This document shows positions 9,629-19,645 of a DNA stretch of 28,926 nt, piece after piece. The stretch is from a virus (lineage: Duplodnaviria; Caudoviricetes), in IMG/VR virus record IMGVR_UViG_3300030099_004644, positions 1 to 28,926 of that record. One strand, given 5' to 3'. The notes under the pieces were generated by a model that was given only the letters and a program-made list of their open reading frames with translations, was not told the origin of the DNA and ran no database searches. Position numbers and translations under genes: made by a program. Each line of letters opens with the position of its first letter. The first letter of the stretch is position 1.

Positions 9629-10081
9629 ATGACCGATTGTCGAATAGTCAAAATCCATAAGAAGATCCAAGAACTGATCGGTGTATCATATGCGGCCGGC
9701 TTTTCTGGTTTGAATCTTACAGGAAATGTAATTCGCGGAATGGTTGATGAGCCACCGGTGATCCCGTTTGCGTGTGTAAGGTTCGAAGATGCGATCGAAG
9801 ATTATGGTCCTACTATGGGACGTTATCGCGGTGATGCTCTCTTCGAGATTTATTGTTTTGTCGGTGGTTCTTCATTCGAAGAACGTAGTGATGCGGCTTT
9901 GAATATTTCAAGCGACATGATCAGCAAACTGACAGCTATCAGAAATCTATCTTTGCCTGATGATGTCGATGATATCAAGTGTGATTTCACAAGTATCGAC
10001 GGTGACAAAGTCGGGCTTAATGGAATCGGAATCGGTTATATCCGTGCAACTATTAAATTCCAATCCGATAACGGTGTATAA
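9629..10081 (+). CDS. Putative tail terminator
   Basis: Size (150 aa), acidic and beta-rich, positioned between the gp10-like gene and the tail tube. Confidence 0.55.
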   Translation: MTDCRIVKIHKKIQELIGVSYAAGFSGLNLTGNVIRGMVDEPPVIPFACVRFEDAIEDYGPTMGRYRGDALFEIYCFVGGSSFEERSDAALNISSDMISKLTAIRNLSLPDDVDDIKCDFTSIDGDKVGLNGIGIGYIRATIKFQSDNGV

Positions 10082-10083
10082 CT

Positions 10084-10851
10084 ATGACATGGTATGATTC
10101 AAATTTCAAAGATCGTTATCCTGTGGCTATCAATGTAATCGGTGGATCTGAATCAGCTGGAACCGAAGATGTGCAAATTTTAGTTCCAAAGGATTTTGAC
10201 CGATTTTGGAGTTCCATTCGGCCGGATGGATTTGATATCGTGATAGCTGATCCTGATGGAAATGTCGAAGTATTCCAAAGAAGTGTCTTCAATTTTGCAA
10301 ACAGATCTTTGATTTTGCAAGCTGATAACGTAAGTTTTCAGAATAGAAACAGTGTTGCACTGCTTTACATTTACTTCAACAATCCAGATCAATCTTCGGA
10401 TCTTGCTGGAAGTTTTACGGCAAGCTCTCCAAAGATCGGAACAATAGCTTTGAATAGACCTTCTTCTTTGTCAGTTGGAAATCTCGAACAAGGTCAAGGA
10501 AATGACTCACCGGCCGCATCTTTTCAAAAAACAGAAGACGAAGAGGTTTATATCTGGTTTAGAGTCGGCTCTTTGTTATCGCGACGAATCAGTCAATACA
10601 ATGATCATCTTGATTATGAACAGATAAGCTATATCAAAGTTCAGTCACTTGATGCAGCTGGCTCGAATGATGCGAATCGATACATAGAAGGCGAGACAAG
10701 ATTTTTGCCTTCTTGGGTCGGTGTTAAAGTTAAAGCAGGATCGGCCGGCGTTGATTATACTATAGCTGTTGAGGTTGTCACAACTTCCAGCGGTCTAACT
10801 CAAACCTTGAGCGCGCGCGCACTTTTAAGAATCAGAAACCTTTTACCTTAG
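10084..10851 (+). CDS. Virion protein: DUF2341-like N-terminus plus fibre-adaptor-like C-terminus
   Basis: WYDSNFKDRYPV...RPDGFDIVI N-terminus; FQK..DE...AGSAGVDYTIAVEVVTTSSG C-terminus. Family names recalled, not searched. Confidence 0.45.
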   Translation: MTWYDSNFKDRYPVAINVIGGSESAGTEDVQILVPKDFDRFWSSIRPDGFDIVIADPDGNVEVFQRSVFNFANRSLILQADNVSFQNRNSVALLYIYFNNPDQSSDLAGSFTASSPKIGTIALNRPSSLSVGNLEQGQGNDSPAASFQKTEDEEVYIWFRVGSLLSRRISQYNDHLDYEQISYIKVQSLDAAGSNDANRYIEGETRFLPSWVGVKVKAGSAGVDYTIAVEVVTTSSGLTQTLSARALLRIRNLLP

Positions 10852-10861
10852 GATTAAAATC

Positions 10862-11821
10862 ATGGCTCAAATATTCGGAAGAAACTCTTTTATCAATGCA
10901 GGCGAAGAAGGTACATATGGAACCATTTGCGCAGCTTTCCAAAATAGCGCGCGTTTGTATTCTGTATCCTTGGCGAGAACTCAACAACGAGATCGAAAAG
11001 CTGATCTATCAACAAGCGACGGAGCCTTCTCACAAAATCATTTCGATATTTTCGAGGAAGCCGGCGGAGCGATCGAGATTCCTTTGAGATATGATCATGC
11101 GGGCCTTTTCCTTTATGCGGCTTGTGGACAAAAAACCACGACTCCAGACGGTGCGCTTTTCATCCATGATTACAAATGTGGAACCACCGATCTTCCGGCT
11201 ATCTCGATCCAGTTGCAACGAGGATCAGGAAACAGAGAAACCTTTCTTGGTTGCAAAGTTCAGTCAATGGAAATAAGCGGTGCGGCCGGCGAAGAGATCA
11301 AAGCATCATTTGAGATCATCGCACAATCAGCAAATACTCGATCCGGTACAGCTTCACCAACATTTGGCGATGGAAAACAAGCTTTTCATTATGAAAGTTC
11401 AGCAATGCAAATCACACCTTCCGCCGGCGGTGCGACTGTTAACTATAAGTTGATAAACTTCACGCTAACTTTGAACAATAGCATTGAACGAAAAAATGTT
11501 CTTGGTTCCAAGTTAACAGAAGAACCAGAGATCACCGACTTCCGATCTGTTGAATTATCAGCGGAATGCTATCAGGAAAATGATACGCTTTATGATCTAC
11601 AGCTATCCGGAACCCCTCATGATATCGTGATCGAGTTTGTTGAGACTGGAACAAGTAATTATATCAAGTTGTTGATCCATAATGCAGTAATCACGGACTT
11701 TGACGACGCTATTGATACGGTCGGTCGGTTAACTCAAAGCTTCACCTTTTTAGGCTTTTCCGATTCATCAAATGAAGCTTTGGAAATCCAGATTCGAAAT
11801 GATAGGAATGATTCTATTTAA
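10862..11821 (+). CDS. Major tail tube protein
   Basis: GEEGTYG, GGAIEIPL, F.GCKV.SMEIS and FTLTLNN pattern; directly upstream of chaperone and tape measure genes. Confidence 0.82.
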   Translation: MAQIFGRNSFINAGEEGTYGTICAAFQNSARLYSVSLARTQQRDRKADLSTSDGAFSQNHFDIFEEAGGAIEIPLRYDHAGLFLYAACGQKTTTPDGALFIHDYKCGTTDLPAISIQLQRGSGNRETFLGCKVQSMEISGAAGEEIKASFEIIAQSANTRSGTASPTFGDGKQAFHYESSAMQITPSAGGATVNYKLINFTLTLNNSIERKNVLGSKLTEEPEITDFRSVELSAECYQENDTLYDLQLSGTPHDIVIEFVETGTSNYIKLLIHNAVITDFDDAIDTVGRLTQSFTFLGFSDSSNEALEIQIRNDRNDSI

Positions 11822-11860
11822 TTTCTTTTAATAAAATAAAATAAAAAAATTGGGCTGACA

Positions 11861-12349
11861 ATGAAACATATAATCAATCAAATAATTTCACAATCGAAAT
11901 TCACAGTATCCGCTTTTGCTGGAAAGCTACTTCTCGAAGGTCGGATTCTTTCACCGAGTGAGGCACATGCGGCCGGTCTAACATCAGGATTGTTAGCGGC
12001 CGCGATGGCTGATCCAAAACAACTCCAAGCCATGAGTCAAATCAAAGATGATGAAACAGATCAGAACTTCGAAGAAATTCTGCAGATGGCGAAAAGAATA
12101 AGACCGGAAAACATCGAAGCTATGGGAGAAGCACACGACAAAATTCTTTGTCGAGTTATTAAAAGAGCGAGTTCCGACAATGGTGAGACATGGCAAAATA
12201 TCATTCTCGTTGAAGGAGTCGATCAACAAGATGCGGAAAAAAACCGGCTTTGGGTCGGCATGATTCCAGAAGATGACCGTAAGCAAATCCTCGATCATGC
12301 TTTACAAGGTCACAAGAAAGCCGTCGAAAGTATAAGGGGGTCCCTTTGA
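11861..12349 (+). CDS. Tail assembly chaperone (gpG equivalent)
   Basis: Between tail tube and tape measure; ends AGG GGG TCC CTT TGA. Confidence 0.75.
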   Translation: MKHIINQIISQSKFTVSAFAGKLLLEGRILSPSEAHAAGLTSGLLAAAMADPKQLQAMSQIKDDETDQNFEEILQMAKRIRPENIEAMGEAHDKILCRVIKRASSDNGETWQNIILVEGVDQQDAEKNRLWVGMIPEDDRKQILDHALQGHKKAVESIRGSL

Positions 12350-12350
12350 A
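12335..12350 (+). promoter_or_regulatory. prfB-like +1 ribosomal frameshift signal
   Basis: AGGGGG-3 nt-CTT TGA A, the same architecture as E. coli prfB AGGGGG-TAT-CTT-TGA-C; the +1 frame is open to 12569. Confidence 0.8.
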
Positions 12351-12569
12351 AACGATCCTCAAATCTTCGATCTGTTTGATATCTTGGCCGATAGTTATGG
12401 CGTCCTGCCTTCTGATCTTTTGGGCCTCTCTTTTCAAGAGATCATGTTCAATATCAGGTGTTTGAAAAGCCGATCCTATCGGATGAATAAATTGATGAAG
12501 CAAAGTAACAGAAAAAAAGCTATGTTATTTCCGACTGTTAACATTTCTGATTTGCTGAGAAGTTTGTAA
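12348..12569 (+). CDS. Tail assembly chaperone frameshift extension (gpT equivalent)
   Basis: ENDPQIFDLFDILADSYGVLPSDLL...; no SD-backed ATG of its own near its 5' end; stops immediately before the tape measure ATG. Confidence 0.72.
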   Translation, partial: ENDPQIFDLFDILADSYGVLPSDLLGLSFQEIMFNIRCLKSRSYRMNKLMKQSNRKKAMLFPTVNISDLLRSL

Positions 12570-12570
12570 A

Positions 12571-15033
12571 ATGGCCGAAAACATAATCAAATATATACTC
12601 GACATCGAAACAAAAGGAGCCGAGAGAGGACTCAAAGAGGTCGCCGGCGATTCTAAAAAAGCGGCTTTGAGCCTTGACAAGCTGGAGAAGGAAAGCAAAG
12701 AAGCATCTTCTGGACTTGCGATGACAGGAAAAGCTTCGAAGAAATCAGCTATCTCTTTGAAAAGCTTTACAAATGCGGCCAAGTTTGGAAAAGATGCTTT
12801 GTTATCTTTGCCGTCGATTCTTCAGAATGTTGGCGAATCAATGTTCAACTTTACGCGTGATGCCGTCGATGCAATTAACCGGCTCAATGATTTATCAACA
12901 GCTTCGAATTTAAGCGCGTCAACTATTCAAGCGGTGAGTCTTGCTTTTGAGGCATCCGGACAAAGCGCAAGTCAAGCGGATACATTCGTCAAGAAGTTTC
13001 CACAACGACTCGCGGACATAAGAAAAGAAGGATCTGATAGCAATCGAATCTTAAAACAAATGGGAATCGAAATCGGAAATGCGGCGGACGGCTATCGCTC
13101 CAGTGATGCCGTTTTCAAAGATATTATCACCACACTTCAGAACATGGAAGACGCCGAACTAAGAACGGCCGCGGCTCAAAGGATATTTAAGCGCGACGTC
13201 GGAAATCTTTTGGTTGCACTTGGAAACACAGGACCGATCGAGAACTTTATCAAGTTCACTGAAAAGTTTGGAGTCGACACTCAAAAGAGTGCAGCGGATG
13301 CGGCCGAGTTCCAGCAAAAGCTCGCGGCTCTTGGCTTGGCTTTTGCGTTTGCGCGTGATCGTATTGTTGAAAGCTTTGGAGGTTATAAGTCATTTAATAA
13401 GTTACTAAGTGTTACAATTGGGGCTGTTGTTTTCGCGGCTGAAATGATCAGGCTTTTTAGTAATGAATTTATAACATTAGGAAACATAATCACTAAAATT
13501 TTAAAATTTCAGTTTAAACCTTTGCTGGATGTTTTGAAGGGTTTACAGCTTTTAAAAGACGTTGGTTTTGTGGATAATTTAGCAAATGATATACAAAGGC
13601 TTTCAGGAGCAAAAGCCGGAACTGGATTTTTACAAAACTTTGAAGGAAGGCTCAATTCAGCAAAAGCAGCGGCGGCCGAAGCAAGAGAAGCAATTGCAGG
13701 TTTTAATAAAACAACAGAAAAAACCGGTAAAAGTGGCAAAACGGCGAAAACAGCTTTGGAACAATTGAAAAAGCTATTCTCAGATCTTGATAAAGAAGCC
13801 GGAAAAGATTCAGCCGGATCAAAGAAGACCGGTAAGAGTGCGGCCGAGAAAGCCGCCGAAAGATTAATCAAGGCACAAGAGAAGGCAAAAGAAAAGCTCG
13901 CGGACTTGATGAGAACTCTTGAAATGGGAGATATCACTCTTGAAGGTGCTCTCAAAAAAACCGGCGGATTGATTCGGCTCTTTGAAAAACTCAAGATGCC
14001 TATCGATCCGATTCTAAACTTCAAAGCCGAACTCGAATCGCAAATCTTCCAGAACATGCAAGACGAAATGTCGAAGATCGCGGATGAACTGAATAATATA
14101 GATCTATCAGGATTGAAACAACAATTTAGAATTGCGGCTATCGAATTTGGAGTCAATATAACAGAAGCCATATCTGGATCTTTTCAAGCCGTGCAAACCT
14201 TAGTAACACAAATAGCGGGACCACTCGCCGGAGCGATTACTTCAGCTTTGGGATCAATATCAGCAATCGGCCAACAACTGAAAGAGGTTGGACAAAAAGC
14301 GGTCGATGTTGAAAAGGAAAGAAGAGTAACACAAGCCAAAGAACGGATCGAAGCACAACGAGGAAGATCTTTAACCTCGGCGGAAATGAAACAGCTTGAA
14401 GAGACAGCTGGCTTTCTCACAGCAAAAGAACAGGAAAAGATAATTCGAGATGCACAATTAAAAGATGCGAGAATGAGAGTTCAAAACTTTGTCGAAGGGT
14501 TCGCGGTCGCGCTGGAAGTTTTACCGGCTATCCTTATTAATGTTTTACCACGTGCGATCGGGCTTGGTATCGTTGGACTTTTGAAAGCTATTTTTGATCT
14601 TCCGGCTACTATTGGAAAAGAGTTTGGAATTGCAATTGGTAAACTTTTGAAAACATCACGAAATGAGGTTCTTGATGTTGTCGGTGCGATCCTTGATACT
14701 GGAGCCGAGATCGTAACACTAACCGCAATGGATACAAGAACCTATAATCGAAGATCCGGCGGCTATATTCCATCCGCTCGATCTGGAATGATGTTCACCG
14801 GAGCGCAAAAAAGCGGACTTGCTTTGTTACATGAAAATGAATTCGTCGTTCCGGCTTCTGGACAAAAGCCGCAAACAGTTGAACGGACCATGAAACAGAA
14901 CACCGGCGGGATCACGGTCAATGTCTCCGGAATGGTTGTCGAGTCGAACGCCGTTGATCAGATAGTACGCGAGATCGAAAGAAGGTTCTCGACTTTTGGA
15001 TCTGCTCAATCAACATTATTTGGTGGTAGTTAA
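12571..15033 (+). CDS. Tail tape measure protein
   Basis: 820 aa, Ala/Lys/Leu-rich helical; C-terminal ALLHENEFVVPA and GGITVNV typical of tape measures. Confidence 0.92.
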   Translation: MAENIIKYILDIETKGAERGLKEVAGDSKKAALSLDKLEKESKEASSGLAMTGKASKKSAISLKSFTNAAKFGKDALLSLPSILQNVGESMFNFTRDAVDAINRLNDLSTASNLSASTIQAVSLAFEASGQSASQADTFVKKFPQRLADIRKEGSDSNRILKQMGIEIGNAADGYRSSDAVFKDIITTLQNMEDAELRTAAAQRIFKRDVGNLLVALGNTGPIENFIKFTEKFGVDTQKSAADAAEFQQKLAALGLAFAFARDRIVESFGGYKSFNKLLSVTIGAVVFAAEMIRLFSNEFITLGNIITKILKFQFKPLLDVLKGLQLLKDVGFVDNLANDIQRLSGAKAGTGFLQNFEGRLNSAKAAAAEAREAIAGFNKTTEKTGKSGKTAKTALEQLKKLFSDLDKEAGKDSAGSKKTGKSAAEKAAERLIKAQEKAKEKLADLMRTLEMGDITLEGALKKTGGLIRLFEKLKMPIDPILNFKAELESQIFQNMQDEMSKIADELNNIDLSGLKQQFRIAAIEFGVNITEAISGSFQAVQTLVTQIAGPLAGAITSALGSISAIGQQLKEVGQKAVDVEKERRVTQAKERIEAQRGRSLTSAEMKQLEETAGFLTAKEQEKIIRDAQLKDARMRVQNFVEGFAVALEVLPAILINVLPRAIGLGIVGLLKAIFDLPATIGKEFGIAIGKLLKTSRNEVLDVVGAILDTGAEIVTLTAMDTRTYNRRSGGYIPSARSGMMFTGAQKSGLALLHENEFVVPASGQKPQTVERTMKQNTGGITVNVSGMVVESNAVDQIVREIERRFSTFGSAQSTLFGGS

Positions 15034-15035
15034 AC

Positions 15036-15890
15036 ATGGGAAATGCAAAGTTCTATTTTTATCCGGAACCGAACGGTGGTCGGTTAGTTGAGATTGATCT
15101 TGGTGAAAGACTCGGCGAGCTTTTTTTTGATTTTGAAGTTCAACAAGAAACAGCTACATCGATGGCCGGCGGGATGTATCGAGCCGTAACGATGAGCAGA
15201 CAAGTGATCACCATTCAGCGCGATCGGCTAAAGCTCGGCGAAGACATCGCTAACAAAATGCGAGCGATGGAAAATCATTTGAACCGCGGTTTCTCGGTCG
15301 CCTTCTGTAGTGATGCTGATAAGAGTTATTGCTTTCCTGTTTCAAACTTTCCTTATACAGGAGACACAAGTTTTCAGGTCTTAGGAGATCCATTTCGTAA
15401 CATGACCGGCTCGAAACTTCCGACCGAAAATGATTACATCGCATTTGATACGCCAAATTTAGCCGCTACATATGAAGTCGGAAAATATACAAGTGCGACC
15501 GGTGCTTTCACTTCGGTCAACGGTGGCACCATGAATATCTCAGAAGGTCTATCTTTCACTTACACAAAACCGGCTTTTGTTCGATATTATAGATTTTGGC
15601 CATGTTTGAGACTTGCTTCAAATGTTGGACAATCGATCATTACTAACGAAAACGGGATCTTGTTTTCGCTGGCTCTTCAGTTGGTTGTCGATACTTCGAC
15701 TTTGTTCTCTTTCCATCCTATAATGACCGGTGATGATTCGACGGTGAACTTCGATCTGATTCCATCCGGTGAAATAGTACCGCGAGAAGTCGCATTTGAT
15801 CAAGGTACATCTTTGAACACACTGGATCGAGTAGCAAGGGAAATAATTGAGCCTTTTCCTGCAAACCATAGTTTTCCGCATCGAGAATAA
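15036..15890 (+). CDS. Putative distal tail (tail tip) protein
   Basis: First gene after the tape measure; beta-rich. Synteny only. Confidence 0.5.
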   Translation: MGNAKFYFYPEPNGGRLVEIDLGERLGELFFDFEVQQETATSMAGGMYRAVTMSRQVITIQRDRLKLGEDIANKMRAMENHLNRGFSVAFCSDADKSYCFPVSNFPYTGDTSFQVLGDPFRNMTGSKLPTENDYIAFDTPNLAATYEVGKYTSATGAFTSVNGGTMNISEGLSFTYTKPAFVRYYRFWPCLRLASNVGQSIITNENGILFSLALQLVVDTSTLFSFHPIMTGDDSTVNFDLIPSGEIVPREVAFDQGTSLNTLDRVAREIIEPFPANHSFPHRE

Positions 15891-15892
15891 TC

Positions 15893-17503
15893 ATGTCATG
15901 GTCTCATGGTTTCAGACAAGCTCTAACACATCGATCGATAGTACCTTCTTATCGTTTGGCGATTCGTTCTTTCACGGCTGTAAGTATTATCTTCAACATA
16001 AGATCCACAGGACGATCAATAGCAATAGATCGAGAGGGTCCGACTATCAACGGCCAAAGAATCATTCCTCTTCGATGGTCGATCACTTTCGGCGGTTTTA
16101 CGGTTCCGATTGTCGGTGATATGTCCGGCTTGTTTCCAGCGGTGAGAAAGGGATCTTTTGCCGAGTTGTTTTGTGAGATAGACGGTCACGAAGAGAGGAT
16201 CGCATGTGGACAACTTCGATCAATCAATAAAAGATACAATCGATTTATCTTGGAGTTTGTCGATCTGATTTCAGCTTTACAGACAAGATATGAAACCACA
16301 CCGGCCGCCGGTACACCAGAAGAGCCCGATCCCTTTTCATTATTTTATTCAGCTGGGATAGAAACGACATTATCGTCAAACTGGACAAATCACGGAGCCG
16401 GTTTTCCTACGCAATTGAATCTAAATGATATCCGTGGATTCCACAAAGAAAATGGTACTTATGGAGTTGTCAGATGTCAACCAGCAAGCGGAAACGAGTT
16501 TATCCTTCAATGGGATAGTAAGACAACCACATCCGGAAATGCTGGCTTTCTTACTCTTTCACATACTTATCAATTTAGTTCGACTATATATCCGACTGTC
16601 TATAGTCCAGTTAACTTGACAACAAGCGACAAGGTTTTCACGGCTCAATATTTACAAGGTTGGCCGGCTGATATCTTCGGAAAAATGTTAATGGGCACAA
16701 CCGGAACCGGATCGGGCTTATTAACATATCCACCGGCGATGAATAGCGGGATCGGATTGTCTTCTTCTTTCTATGATCAACAAGATGCAGACACTTGGAA
16801 AAGTTACTTGAAAGGAGCGGCTCCAAATTTATCGGCTTATGATATTGGCTATGTAGTTAACTCACCGATGACCGGCGGCTTTCGTAACTTGATCGAAGTA
16901 TTCGCGAAAGTTGGTCATTGGCCTGTTTGGAGGCAGAACGCGATCAGCTATCGATCTTGTTTACTGCTCAACTCGTCAAATATTACGGTCGCGGCCAAAA
17001 TTTATGATACTGATATCTTTGAACTGCGCACCCACGAGCTTTATAGTAATGATCAACAGAATACCTTTTTCCGTTCATCGATCATCTATCAGAACAAAGC
17101 CGGTTTGACTTCTTCTATCACCTTCACAACCGGATCAACGAAAGCCGCTTCTCTTCCTGTTCAGTCTAACAATGAAAGAAATGTAACCGGCTTATATGGT
17201 TATTCACCTTGGACCGCAACAGCTGATCGATCCAGTTTGGCAAATGGAGACGTTCAAAGATTAAAAGAATGGGATTTGTTTAACTATGAAAAGCTTGTTC
17301 TCGTGGTCAAGTTAAAATATGCGACTCTTTGTTGTGGTGATGTTGTTGCAATTCATAGCGGGATCTTTTATGGAGTAAACCAAGGAGCCAACGATCGAAC
17401 ATATGCCGGAACTCGTTTTATGGTTGTCGGTGTAGACTATTCGATTTCTTCGGCTTCTTGTGTTCTCACTTTAGCCGCTCCATATCGACAAAGTGCTTTA
17501 TGA
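15893..17503 (+). CDS. Putative tail hub / baseplate protein
   Basis: Second gene after the tape measure; C-terminal LCCGDVV...FMVVGVDY...LTL resembles hub proteins. Confidence 0.5.
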   Translation: MSWSHGFRQALTHRSIVPSYRLAIRSFTAVSIIFNIRSTGRSIAIDREGPTINGQRIIPLRWSITFGGFTVPIVGDMSGLFPAVRKGSFAELFCEIDGHEERIACGQLRSINKRYNRFILEFVDLISALQTRYETTPAAGTPEEPDPFSLFYSAGIETTLSSNWTNHGAGFPTQLNLNDIRGFHKENGTYGVVRCQPASGNEFILQWDSKTTTSGNAGFLTLSHTYQFSSTIYPTVYSPVNLTTSDKVFTAQYLQGWPADIFGKMLMGTTGTGSGLLTYPPAMNSGIGLSSSFYDQQDADTWKSYLKGAAPNLSAYDIGYVVNSPMTGGFRNLIEVFAKVGHWPVWRQNAISYRSCLLLNSSNITVAAKIYDTDIFELRTHELYSNDQQNTFFRSSIIYQNKAGLTSSITFTTGSTKAASLPVQSNNERNVTGLYGYSPWTATADRSSLANGDVQRLKEWDLFNYEKLVLVVKLKYATLCCGDVVAIHSGIFYGVNQGANDRTYAGTRFMVVGVDYSISSASCVLTLAAPYRQSAL

Positions 17504-18417
17504 CTTTGGACGAAAAAATCTCCTATAATAAACATTCTGCTTTGGACTTTGGTTGGTCGCCGGAATGGTTCGGACTCCATATAGAACAGTTTGATCAAAG
17601 ACTTATCGAGATCATTGAAGAATTTCAATATGAGCATGATCTCGAAGTTGATGGTCTTCTTGGTGAATCAACATTTCGCCGGTTGTATACATATATAAGT
17701 CAGGACAAAGTAGATTTTGAAAATAAAAATAAAACAAAAGAAAACGCAAAGATTATTTTTCGTGGCGAAGAATATCCGATCATGTGGTCAAAGGTTGTCT
17801 TATGGAATGAAGAAGGCGGTCTAAGTTGTAAGAGTAGAAAGTCAAAAGGTAGATCGCCAAGTTATTTTGTTAATCACTGGGACGTTTGCCTTTCTTCTTC
17901 TTCGATGGCTCGCGTCTTGAAAGCTCGATCTTTGGGTGTTCACTTTTCCATTGATAATGATGGAACTATTTTCCAGTTATGCGACATGGAAGACATAGCT
18001 TTTCACGCCGGAGGTCATAACAGAAAATCGATCGGCCTTGAAATCTCGAACGCCTATAGCTTAAAATATCAAGATTGGTATATTAAAAAAGGCTTTGGAA
18101 AAAGACCGATTCAAAGCAATGACTATGTACATGGTAAGCGGCTAAAGTCACATCTCGGATTTTATGATGATCAACTGAATGCGGCTTGCGCTCTTTGGGC
18201 GGCTGTCAGTTTGGCGACCGGTATTCCTTTGCAAGTGCCAAGGATTCACGATGCTGTTGATCATGTTGCGTCTTCTGGATCTTTCAAAGGCTTTTGTGGT
18301 CACTATCATTTAACCAAACGAAAGATCGATCCGGCCGGAACTGATTTTCATCTATTACAAGATAAAGCATCGTTAATCAAAGTTGCGATGAAGCGTATGG
18401 ACTACGGTCGAAAATGA
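17500..18417 (+). CDS. Endolysin: peptidoglycan-binding domain plus N-acetylmuramoyl-L-alanine amidase (Amidase_2)
   Basis: FQYEHDLEVDGLLGESTF (PG-binding); NHWD, VHFSIDNDGTIFQ, AFHAG..N..SIGLEI, GHYH...KIDP. ATGA-coupled start at 17500. Confidence 0.9.
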   Translation: MTLDEKISYNKHSALDFGWSPEWFGLHIEQFDQRLIEIIEEFQYEHDLEVDGLLGESTFRRLYTYISQDKVDFENKNKTKENAKIIFRGEEYPIMWSKVVLWNEEGGLSCKSRKSKGRSPSYFVNHWDVCLSSSSMARVLKARSLGVHFSIDNDGTIFQLCDMEDIAFHAGGHNRKSIGLEISNAYSLKYQDWYIKKGFGKRPIQSNDYVHGKRLKSHLGFYDDQLNAACALWAAVSLATGIPLQVPRIHDAVDHVASSGSFKGFCGHYHLTKRKIDPAGTDFHLLQDKASLIKVAMKRMDYGRK

Positions 18418-18818
18418 TCAAGGTAGGAATAGATATGGAATGGATTTTGTTAGTTGTTGGTTTGATTGCGGGCGGTGCGGCCGGAGCCGGCTTGACAGCT
18501 GGAGTCATGAAGAATAAACCGGCTCGAATCGTTGAGAAGATGATCGAGGTTGATAACTCTTTAAGTGATGCGGACCTTCTAAAGATTCCATGTTCAAAGG
18601 AATACATAAAAGATAAAGGTGAATCTTTGTGTCGTGAGATGTTCTGTAGAATGAACACAAGATCCGGAAATCAATCAAACTCGGCAAGTGCAAAAGAGTG
18701 CGAGGCCATATCAAACACGATCAATAAATCTTTTGTCCTCCAAGAATGCAACAAGGTTGGAAAAGGTGACGAGAACAAAAGAAGGTCATGTATCGAGTTC
18801 TTTGATCGTCGGTTGTAA
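18414..18818 (+). CDS. Membrane-anchored Cys-rich protein (possible lysis accessory)
   Basis: TM segment WILLVVGLIAGGAAGAGL and 6 Cys; coupled to the endolysin. Alternative start at 18435. Confidence 0.45.
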   Translation: MIKVGIDMEWILLVVGLIAGGAAGAGLTAGVMKNKPARIVEKMIEVDNSLSDADLLKIPCSKEYIKDKGESLCREMFCRMNTRSGNQSNSASAKECEAISNTINKSFVLQECNKVGKGDENKRRSCIEFFDRRL

Positions 18819-18871
18819 CAAAGATCCAAAAATTTTTTTTGGCCCGAGTCCAGAGTTTTCTCAAGAAAAAA

Positions 18872-18983
18872 ATTGGTTCAACCAATACGTAGACTTCAAA
18901 TCTCAGCCTTCTTTTTTTATCTTTCCGTATAAGGTTGCATGAAGATCGCTGAGATTCGAAGTTTAGAAATTGGTTCAACCATT
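18872..18983. repeat. Nested palindromic element A
   Basis: ATTGGTTCAACCAAT ... ACTTCAAATCTCAGC ... TATAAGGTTGCA ... GCTGAGATTCGAAGT ... ATTGGTTCAACCATT; an inverted homologue lies at 24139-24251. Confidence 0.85.
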
Positions 18984-19159
18984 GTATTTTATCCAGCTGG
19001 CTATGTTGGTTTAGTCCAAATTGCCGAACATTTCATTTTGATTTATTTTTTTTTGGGATCAAATAGCTATCATTTTGATGATTAAACGATCACTTTTCTA
19101 AGAAAACAAGCGTAAATTACTTAAAAAGTGCGAAAAATACCCTTATTTCACCTCAAAAG

Positions 19160-19199
19160 TAATATTTATGTTGATAAAATAATATTTATGGGCTATAAT
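19160..19199 (+). promoter_or_regulatory. Strong sigma70 early promoter with overlapping direct-repeat operator
   Basis: TTGATA (19171)-17 bp-TATAAT (19194); TAATATTTATG repeated at 19160 and 19180. Confidence 0.85.
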
Positions 19200-19273
19200 A
19201 ATAACAGATGGAGCGCTTACCAAGTGCCGATTCTATACCCGAGATACCTCTAACACTCAAAGGAAAAATCAAA

Positions 19274-19582
19274 ATGAAAAATGTAGGATATGAAATCATT
19301 ATATGGAGCGGTGGCGACAACCACATTACAGGAGAGATTGCAACAGGCACTGTAGGTATTTTTGACCCAGATGAGCATAAATGGGCTTTAATGGACTATA
19401 TGCAAAAAATAGAAGAAGGATTCTTAGGCGCGTATTTAACCGTGAAGAAATACACGGGAGGCAATTGGGTTGAGTTTGGTCATAATATGGACGACTGTGA
19501 GCCGTTAAGCAATTTGCCCAAGTACTTACAGAAGAAACTGAGAAAGCTTATATCTTTTGATAGAGCCCGAAACAACTTGTAA
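19274..19582 (+). CDS. Hypothetical early protein (102 aa)
   Basis: ATG 19274 follows the shared leader AACACTCAAAGGAAAAATCAAA. Confidence 0.7.
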   Translation: MKNVGYEIIIWSGGDNHITGEIATGTVGIFDPDEHKWALMDYMQKIEEGFLGAYLTVKKYTGGNWVEFGHNMDDCEPLSNLPKYLQKKLRKLISFDRARNNL

Positions 19583-19645
19583 CCCTATAGCCTGAGTAAG
19601 CTTTTTAACTGCTCAACACTCAACACTCAAAGGAAAATCAAATGT
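19581..19645 (+). repeat. 65-bp structured leader repeat, copy 1
   Basis: 63/65 identical to 20392-20456; GAGTA/TGCTC pairing, CTCAACA heptads, AAGGA SD and ATG. Confidence 0.95.

Noticed and set aside
12338-12349. Canonical -1 slippery heptamer for the tail chaperone
   Set aside because: No in-frame X XXY YYZ, and the extension lies in the +1 frame.
13509-14171. 220-aa minus-strand ORF and the other minus-strand ORFs in the track
   Set aside because: Antisense shadows of strong + strand genes, with no recognisable motifs.
18921-18950. XerCD dif or integron attC site in element A
   Set aside because: Does not match the dif arms or the RYYYAAC/GTTRRRY architecture convincingly, and no integrase is encoded.
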